Below, piece after piece: positions 17,270 to 23,580 of a stretch of 23,580 nucleotides of DNA. Origin of the DNA: Candidatus Eiseniibacteriota bacterium (lineage in GTDB: Bacteria; Eisenbacteria; RBG-16-71-46); the NCBI GenBank assembly GCA_031364845.1, contig JANLWX010000112.1, forward strand, positions 1 through 23,580, given 5' to 3'. The notes under the pieces were generated by a model. The model saw nothing but the letters and a program-made list of their open reading frames with translations, searched no databases and was not told where the DNA came from. The translations under genes and the position numbers were made by a program. The stretch's first letter is position 1; each line of letters starts with the position of its first letter.

Positions 17270-17387
17270 TAGAGCACTCACGAGCGCCCTAATGGACAGG
17301 GCGGCATTCGAATTGCCTTGGTGGTCCCGGCCATCCTTAGCCGGGATGGAATGCCAACAACCGTTCCCTGACCTCTAGAGGCTGCAC

Positions 17388-20300
17388 ATGTGGCCGTCGA
17401 TCCGCTCGTTCCGCCGCAACACCGTCCTGGTCCTGATCGCTGCGCTGTTCTCGATTCCTCTCGCGCGGCCTGCCGCCGCCGAAGGCATCAACCTCTCGTG
17501 GGACGAATGCGGCGCCGAAGGCACCGAGCTCAAGACCTTCGCGTGCAATTCGGGCTCGGTGGAGCCGCTGACGCTGGTCGGCTCGTTCCGTCCGCCCGCG
17601 GGCGTGAACGAATTCCTCGGCACGTCGTCCATCATTCGCGTGACCTCGAAGAACCTGCCCAACTGGTGGGCGCTCGGAGAGTTCGGTTGTCGCAGCGCGA
17701 GCCTGAACACGGAATTCCGATACGACGACGGCGCGTGCACAGACTTCTATGACCGCGAGGCCGTCGGTGGCTTTCTCTATCAGCTCGGCGGCTTCGGCAC
17801 GAATACCGCGAGGCTGATCGTCCAGAGTGCCGTGCCCTACGACAAGCGCGGGCCCGTGAGTCCATCGAATGAGTATTACGCGTTCAAATTGCTGCTGGTT
17901 CCTGATCGTGTGAACGAGTGCGCGGGTTGTGCGACTCCGGTGACGCTGCGCCTCAACAGCATCCAGCTGTTCCAGCCGCTCGACCTTCGTAACGATCCGA
18001 CGATCACCGCACCGCTCGTGAGCACGGTCGCGCACTGGCAGGCGCCGGCGGGAGACCTGCCGCAGGTGTCGAGCTTCGCGCCGGCCGCGGGCGCGCCGGG
18101 CACCGAGGTCACGATCACTGGCCTGCACTTCGACGCCACTTCCGCGGTTCGGTTCGGCGGACTCTCGACCTCGTTCACGGTGGTTTCCAACACTTCCGTG
18201 CGGACCATCGTTCCCGCGGGAGCGCACAGCGGGCTGATCACCGTCAGCACGCCGTTCGGTGACGCGACGGGTGCCGGCACATTTATCGTCGCCCCGGTCG
18301 TCGAAACCTTCCTGCCACGCCAGGCGCCCGTGGGCACGGAAGTCGTGGTGCGCGGGTACAACTTCCAGAATGCCTCGGCCGTGAGATTCGGAAGCCTCGA
18401 TGCGGTCTATCAAGTGCTGTCGGACAACGAGCTGCGGGCAACCGTTCCCAGCGGCGCCACCACGAGTCAGATTTCCGTCATCAACGCCGCCGCCACGGGG
18501 ATCTCGCCAACGCCGTTCCAGGTCGGCTCGGTGATGGGAGCGCTCAATCTCTCATGGGACGACTGCGGCCGCGCGGGGACCGAGATCAAGACGTTCGTGT
18601 GCAATCGCAACTCCGGACCCGGATTCTCTCTGGTGGGATCGTTCGCTCCGCCTTCGGGTGTCGACCAGCTGACCGGTTTGACCGCCGAGATCGGGATCTT
18701 CGCCACCGCACTCCCGGATTGGTGGAAGCACGGCGCGACGCAGTGCCGCGAGGGTTCCGGGCTCGACCTGTCGTTCGACTTCAGGGGGACCCCGGGTGCC
18801 TGCAACGACGTGTGGGCCGGTCGTACGAGCGGGATCATCGGCTACGACCTGAACTTTTACGGGGCCAACAGCGCGCGCTTGACCGTGCATGGAGCGATGA
18901 ACGCGTCCGCACCCGTCGATCCGCGCAAGGAGTACTACGGCTTCAAGGTGAACCTCCTGCCGGCGCGAACCACGAGCTGCGAAGGCTGTGACACGCCAGT
19001 GCGGCTGGTTCTGAACCAGATCCAGCTGCTGCAGAGTCCCAGTGCTGCCAACGACCCGGTGATCACCGCGACGTTCGAGCGGAACTCGGCGCTGTGGCAG
19101 GGAACGCCGGGGCCGCTTCCGAGGGTCCTGTCCATCTCGCCGCTTGCCGGCGTCACGGGCATGGTGGTCGAGATCGAGGGTGAGAATCTGAGCGGCACCA
19201 CCGGCGTGCGTTTCGGGACGAGGCCGGCCTCGTCGTTCGAGTTCGTCAACGACCGTCTGGTCCGTGCGACCGTGCCTCAGGATCCGCGGACGGCGCCGAT
19301 TTTCGTGAAGACCCGTTACGGCTCCGCGCGCAGTGAGAGCCTGTTCATCGTGCCTCCGACTATCGTGTCGTTTTCGCCGGGCCAGGCGCCTGCCGGACAT
19401 ATCGTGACGATCGTCGGCTTCAACTTCACCCGGACCTCGGCGGTCCTGTTCGCCACGCTGCCCGGAACCCCCACCAGGGTGAGGAATGCGGCGTTCACCC
19501 TCTTGTCGGACTCACTGATCCTGGCGGTCGTCCCGATGAGCACCGGCGCAGGGCCGATCAGCGTGTCGAACCCCGCCGGGACGCGAAAGTCCGAAACCGA
19601 CTTCACCCCCGGCAACCCACTGGACGCCCCGATCATCGAGTCGTTCACGCCTTCGACCGGTTCTCCCGGGACCAACGTCGCGATCGCGGGTATTCGCCTG
19701 TCGGGAACCACCGCGGTTCAGTTCGGCGGAGTTCCGGCCATCTCGTTCACGGCGACGACCGACAACCTTCTGCGTGCGATCGTGCCCGAGGGCGCGCGCA
19801 GCGGCCCGATCCGCATCACGACTCCGGGCGGCGTCGCGGTGAGCACGACGCCCTTCAACGTCCCTCCGCGCATCACGGCATTCGCGCCGCTAACGGCGGG
19901 AGTGGGCGAGCAGATCACGATCCTTGGTCAGAATTTCGCGAATGCCACGGCGGTTCGATTCCAGGGTGATGCCAACGCGAGCTTCGTGGCGAGTTCGGAC
20001 ACGTTGATCATCGCGACGGTTCCGCCCACGGCGACCGACGGCCCGATCCGCGTGCTGGGCCCCGGAGGTCAGGCGATCTCCAGTGAGTCGTTCATCCTCA
20101 AGGTTCAGACACTCGTCGGCGGACTCAACCTGGGGTGGAGCGATTGCGGCGAGTTCGGCGAAGAGGACAAGACGTTCGTCTGCAACAGCAACGAAGGCAG
20201 CCGCTTCACGCTCGTGGGTTCGTTCGTCGCGCCCTCGCGCGTGACCGAGTTCGTCGGTGCCTCCGCCGAACTGCGCATCGAATCGAAGGCCACCGAACTG

Positions 20301-22256
20301 CCCGACTGGTGGAAGTTCGGCACCAGCCAGTGCCGCGGATCCGGCTTCAGCGTCGATTTCAATTTCACCGATGGATACGTGGCGTGCGAAGACTTCATGG
20401 CGGGCCGCGCGGTGGGCGGATACGTCTACGAGATCGGCCAGCATGGACCGAACTCGGTGCGCGTGCGCATGCAGTGCGCGGTTCCCTACGACAGTCGCGG
20501 ACCGCTGACGCCGGGCAAGGAGTACTACGCCTTCAAGATCAAGATCCCGCGCACCCGCACCGTGGGTACGCCGAGCTGCGAAGGATGCAACGAGCCCGTG
20601 ACGCTCACGCTGCGCGAGATCCAGCTGTTCCAGCCGGCCGAGCTGAACTACGACCCGGTGATCGAGTCGGTCGCGTTCCGCAACAAGGTGCGCTGGCAGC
20701 CGTCGCACAACGGACCCAATCTCGTGAACGATCCGTCGTTCGAGACTTCGATCGCGGAGTGGGGACCGGTCGGCGGCGCCACGCTCACGCAGGTCGCCGA
20801 GGCGCACGAGGGATCCCATGCGCTCGAGGTGACCGGGCCCGGCGTGGCAGGTGAGTTCGGCATCAACGACACGCCGAACCTGGTGGTCGCGACCCCGGAC
20901 TCCAACCGCACGTACCGCTTCTCGGCGTGGGTGCGCTCTCCGGGTCCCGGATTCGTGCTCCAGCTGCGTGCGCGCGAGTACGCCGATCGCGTGCGCATTC
21001 AGACTGCTTCCTCGCCGTGGATTCCGACCACCGAGCAATGGCACCAGGTCTCGAGCCGCGTGACGAGCCGCGCCGTGGGTTCGACGATCGACTTCCAGCT
21101 CATCTGCCGCGGCGTGGGATCGGGCGACGAGGTGCTCCTCGTCGATGATGCCGAAGTCGTGCTGACCGGCAGCGAGCCCGAGATCGAATCCGTCCGCAAG
21201 ATCGATGCGACGGCGGGAGAGACGGTCGAGATCGTCGTCACCACCGCCGATCCGAGCGGAGCGCCCATCACCGCGCTCACCGCCAATCTCTCGGAGCTGC
21301 CGATGCACCACGACGCGACGTTCACGGTCGATCCCGGAAACATGCGCGGAGTGTTCCGCTGGACTCCGCAGCCTGAGGACGCGAACTGGGATTTCAAGGT
21401 CACGTTCGATGCCGTCAGCGTGCTCGACCAGTCGCGCACCACCAAGATCACGGTGCTTCCGCTCGAGACGAATCCATCGATCGTTCCCAACGGATCGTTC
21501 GAGGATCCGGTGTTCGGATGGCGCGCCTACGACAGCGCTTCGTTCGAGCGCGTCGAGCCGGGGCGGCTCGGCGATTGGTCGATCTCGGTGCACCAGCCGG
21601 ACTCGACGTCGGAGTACGGTTTCAACGACGCGCCCAACTGGATCCGCACCACTCCGGCAGCGGGCGTTCCGTATCGCTTCGCGGCCTGGGTGCGCGGTGC
21701 CAACGGAACCGGTGCCGCGACGCTGCGCGTGCGCGAGTACCTCGGCGCGGTCAAAGTCGGCAACTCGACGATCTCCTCACCGATCGAGCTGACACCCGAG
21801 TGGCGCCAGATCCGCGTCGACCACGTGACCGGTGCCGCGGGTGCGACGCTCGACTTCCAGGTGCTGTGCGATCCGGACGCCGCGGGCACGACGTTCCAGA
21901 TCGATGACGTCACGATCCGTCCGCTCGCGCAGTCGGGCGTTGCGACTGCGGCGGTCGAAGAGGAGGATCACGGGATCGCGTACGCCGCACCCACGGTGTT
22001 CCCGAATCCGTTCCGCCAGCGCGCCATGCTCGGATTCACGCTCGCGCGCCCGGGACCGCTGCGGATCGAAGTCTACGATCTGCACGGACGGCGAGTGCGG
22101 CGTGTGTTCGACGGGCCCAACAGTGCCGCCGGCACGCATGAGTTCCAGCTCGACGCCCGTAACGATCACGGCCAGAAGCTCGGACCCGGAATCTTCTTCT
22201 ATCGGATCGAAAGCTCGGCCGGCGAGCATCGGGGCCGGTTCGTGATTCTGGAGTAG
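17388..22256 (+). CDS. Surface protein C, 1622 aa: SP, Cys module, 2 IPT, Cys module, 4 IPT, Cys module, CBM4/9-like, Ig/cadherin-like, CBM4/9-like, FlgD/T9SS-A-like CTD
   Basis: Signal peptide MWPSIRSFRRNTVLVLIAALFSIPLARPAAA; six IPT units; two NLVNDPSFE / SIVPNGSFE...YRFxAWVR...WxQ...TxDFQ...DDxxV domains; GVFRWTP Ig unit; ends VFPNPFR...IEVYDLHGRRVR...LGPGIFFYRI...RFVILE. Confidence 0.93.
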   Translation: MWPSIRSFRRNTVLVLIAALFSIPLARPAAAEGINLSWDECGAEGTELKTFACNSGSVEPLTLVGSFRPPAGVNEFLGTSSIIRVTSKNLPNWWALGEFGCRSASLNTEFRYDDGACTDFYDREAVGGFLYQLGGFGTNTARLIVQSAVPYDKRGPVSPSNEYYAFKLLLVPDRVNECAGCATPVTLRLNSIQLFQPLDLRNDPTITAPLVSTVAHWQAPAGDLPQVSSFAPAAGAPGTEVTITGLHFDATSAVRFGGLSTSFTVVSNTSVRTIVPAGAHSGLITVSTPFGDATGAGTFIVAPVVETFLPRQAPVGTEVVVRGYNFQNASAVRFGSLDAVYQVLSDNELRATVPSGATTSQISVINAAATGISPTPFQVGSVMGALNLSWDDCGRAGTEIKTFVCNRNSGPGFSLVGSFAPPSGVDQLTGLTAEIGIFATALPDWWKHGATQCREGSGLDLSFDFRGTPGACNDVWAGRTSGIIGYDLNFYGANSARLTVHGAMNASAPVDPRKEYYGFKVNLLPARTTSCEGCDTPVRLVLNQIQLLQSPSAANDPVITATFERNSALWQGTPGPLPRVLSISPLAGVTGMVVEIEGENLSGTTGVRFGTRPASSFEFVNDRLVRATVPQDPRTAPIFVKTRYGSARSESLFIVPPTIVSFSPGQAPAGHIVTIVGFNFTRTSAVLFATLPGTPTRVRNAAFTLLSDSLILAVVPMSTGAGPISVSNPAGTRKSETDFTPGNPLDAPIIESFTPSTGSPGTNVAIAGIRLSGTTAVQFGGVPAISFTATTDNLLRAIVPEGARSGPIRITTPGGVAVSTTPFNVPPRITAFAPLTAGVGEQITILGQNFANATAVRFQGDANASFVASSDTLIIATVPPTATDGPIRVLGPGGQAISSESFILKVQTLVGGLNLGWSDCGEFGEEDKTFVCNSNEGSRFTLVGSFVAPSRVTEFVGASAELRIESKATELPDWWKFGTSQCRGSGFSVDFNFTDGYVACEDFMAGRAVGGYVYEIGQHGPNSVRVRMQCAVPYDSRGPLTPGKEYYAFKIKIPRTRTVGTPSCEGCNEPVTLTLREIQLFQPAELNYDPVIESVAFRNKVRWQPSHNGPNLVNDPSFETSIAEWGPVGGATLTQVAEAHEGSHALEVTGPGVAGEFGINDTPNLVVATPDSNRTYRFSAWVRSPGPGFVLQLRAREYADRVRIQTASSPWIPTTEQWHQVSSRVTSRAVGSTIDFQLICRGVGSGDEVLLVDDAEVVLTGSEPEIESVRKIDATAGETVEIVVTTADPSGAPITALTANLSELPMHHDATFTVDPGNMRGVFRWTPQPEDANWDFKVTFDAVSVLDQSRTTKITVLPLETNPSIVPNGSFEDPVFGWRAYDSASFERVEPGRLGDWSISVHQPDSTSEYGFNDAPNWIRTTPAAGVPYRFAAWVRGANGTGAATLRVREYLGAVKVGNSTISSPIELTPEWRQIRVDHVTGAAGATLDFQVLCDPDAAGTTFQIDDVTIRPLAQSGVATAAVEEEDHGIAYAAPTVFPNPFRQRAMLGFTLARPGPLRIEVYDLHGRRVRRVFDGPNSAAGTHEFQLDARNDHGQKLGPGIFFYRIESSAGEHRGRFVILE

Positions 22257-22350
22257 CGTCGAGCGCTTCTAAGTTCGAGCGATCCCGATGCGCTATGCTG
22301 CCACTCGTCCGATCGCCACGCTGGGTGATCGTGAGGGGAGGGAGCACGTC

Positions 22351-23376
22351 ATGATGCGTCGCGTGATCGCGATCATTGCCGCCGGGATGGCTCTGCAAGC
22401 CGGATTCACCTGCGTCGCCCGCGCGGACCTCGTGTATTTCGAAAACTTCAACGGCGCCAACGGCGCTCCGTGGCCATCGCCCTGGATTCAAGGCTCCTCG
22501 CACGTCACGGTGAAGGATCTTCAGAACGGGCGCGCGCGGCTGAACGGCGACCCCGCGTATGTCGCGCGCATGCTGCTGCCGGTGTTCCCGCAGCCCGACG
22601 TCGAGGTGACGGCGACGTTCGAGTTCGAAGACGTCGCGAATCAGGGCATCGGCTTCTACGTTCGCCAGAACGGAGGAACCCTGCGCGAGTATCTGCCGCA
22701 TGGGCAGGGTTACGCACTGTTTCTCAAGGGCGCGTGGTATTGGCCCGAGGATCTCGGATTGTGGCGCGAGATCGACGGCGTCGAGACGCAGTTCGCGTGG
22801 GGCAACAATCCGGTGGCGGGCGGACTGCAGAACGGTACGCGCTACCGGCTGCGCTATCGAGTCTCGCAGGTCGATGCCGCGAACACGCTGCTGCGCGCGA
22901 AGGTGTGGCCCGAAGCGCAATCCGAGCCTGCCGCGTGGACCATCGAGGCGACCGATGCACAGATCGAACTTCAGGGGATCTCCGGCACCTACGCCATCGA
23001 CATCTACAACTACTCGGGTTTTCAGCACATCTTCGTCGACGATCTTCTGATCAGTCCGTTCCCATTTTCGCAGGCGGTTTCAGATCCTGCCATGCCGGCG
23101 TCACTCGCGCTGTCGGCGCCTGCTCCGCATCCCGTGACCGGCCGCGCGAGCCTCCGCCTTACGATGCCGGAAGCCGCCCACGCCGAGCTGCGCCTCTACG
23201 ATTCCGGCGGCCGCCTGGTTGCGCATCCGCATTCGGGGCCGCTCACGGCCGGCGACAACGCGATGGTATGGGATCCGGTCGATCGCTCGGGCCGCCGGCT
23301 CGCCCCGGGCATTTACTTCCTGAGTCTCGACGCACAGGGCCGGCACGTCACGCGGCGGATCGCGATCGCGCACTGA
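22351..23376 (+). CDS. Secreted protein, 341 aa: concanavalin-A-like beta-sandwich domain plus FlgD-Ig/T9SS-A-like CTD
   Basis: Start moved from 22288 to ATG 22351 (GGAGGGAG just upstream); signal peptide MMRRVIAIIAAGMALQAGFTCVARA; body FENF...YRLRYRV...LRAKVWP...EPAAWTIEATD...FVDDLLI; tail PAPHPV...LRLYDSGGRLVA...WDPVDRSGRRLAPGIYFLSL...RRIAIAH. The fold call is by eye. Confidence 0.83.
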   Translation: MMRRVIAIIAAGMALQAGFTCVARADLVYFENFNGANGAPWPSPWIQGSSHVTVKDLQNGRARLNGDPAYVARMLLPVFPQPDVEVTATFEFEDVANQGIGFYVRQNGGTLREYLPHGQGYALFLKGAWYWPEDLGLWREIDGVETQFAWGNNPVAGGLQNGTRYRLRYRVSQVDAANTLLRAKVWPEAQSEPAAWTIEATDAQIELQGISGTYAIDIYNYSGFQHIFVDDLLISPFPFSQAVSDPAMPASLALSAPAPHPVTGRASLRLTMPEAAHAELRLYDSGGRLVAHPHSGPLTAGDNAMVWDPVDRSGRRLAPGIYFLSLDAQGRHVTRRIAIAH

Positions 23377-23401
23377 GCTTGCGGTGCGAGGGGGTGACGC
23401 G

Positions 23402-23580
23402 GTGACCGGTTCTCCGCGCTACGAGCGCTACGTCGCGATCGGAGACAGCTCGACCGAAGGTCTCGACGATCCCGATGCGCGCGGTGGCTATCATGGCTGG
23501 GCCAACCGGCTCGCGCAGCGCATCGCCGATGTTCAGGGCTCCGTGCTGTATGCGAACCTCGGCATTCGCGGCAAGCTCAC
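23402..23580 (+). CDS. SGNH/GDSL-family hydrolase, 5' part only
   Basis: GAGGGGG RBS, GTG start; MTGSPRYERYVAIGDSSTEGLDDPDARGGYHGWANRLAQRIADVQGSVLYANLGIRGKL contains block I (GDS) and block II (NLGIRG). Confidence 0.88.
   Translation, partial: MTGSPRYERYVAIGDSSTEGLDDPDARGGYHGWANRLAQRIADVQGSVLYANLGIRGKL

Larger units (their letters stand above)
11232..20699. repeat. Seven dispersed copies of a ~190-aa six-cysteine protein module
   Basis: Approximate copies: minus strand 11232-11813, 13501-14079, 14763-15344, 16327-16904; plus strand 17484-18041, 18540-19100, 20121-20699. Shared motifs NLSWxDCG, FxC, SFxxP, LPDWWKxG, CR, CxDF, EYYAFK, CxGC, IQLFQP, DPxI, WQ. Confidence 0.92.

Noticed and set aside
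11200..17300. Lower GC in genes A and B than in the CHAT gene as evidence of horizontal transfer
   Set aside because: Largely explained by Thr/Ser/Phe/Asn-rich versus Ala/Arg-rich composition; no integrase, tRNA or att-like boundary seen; GC3 was not computed.
19890..21593. 567-aa minus-strand ORF and other ORFs overlapping genes A, B and C (e.g. 14968-16332, 15822-17018, 17337-18413)
   Set aside because: Alternate-frame or antisense shadows of well-supported CDSs.

Overview
GC-rich bacterial window with two parts. Left (1-5399): a minus-strand pair, an ABC-F ATPase (Uup type) followed by a TetA-like MFS transporter that runs off the left edge, a structured 470-bp intergenic region with a strong terminator hairpin, and a divergent membrane-bound hybrid histidine kinase. 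From 5416 to 23376 come seven consecutive genes for predicted exported proteins. Three are large paralogous surface proteins (A 14199-17000; B 10668-14175, broken by two 1-nt frameshifts; C 17388-22256). They are built from IPT/TIG repeats and seven copies of an unassigned ~190-aa six-cysteine module (GINLSWxDCG...LPDWWKHG...EYYAFK...CxGC...WQ). A and B are apparently co-transcribed with a signal-peptide-bearing TPR-CHAT (caspase-like) protease with an intact His/Cys dyad. Five genes end in a FlgD-Ig/T9SS-type-A-like C-terminal domain and one ends in a short TWGxLKxxF tail. An SGNH/GDSL hydrolase starts at the right edge. The two tail types and the composition suggest an FCB-related candidate lineage such as Ca. 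Eisenbacteria (inference only). No rRNA, tRNA, CRISPR array, transposase or integrase was seen. All domain calls are by eye; no searches were run.
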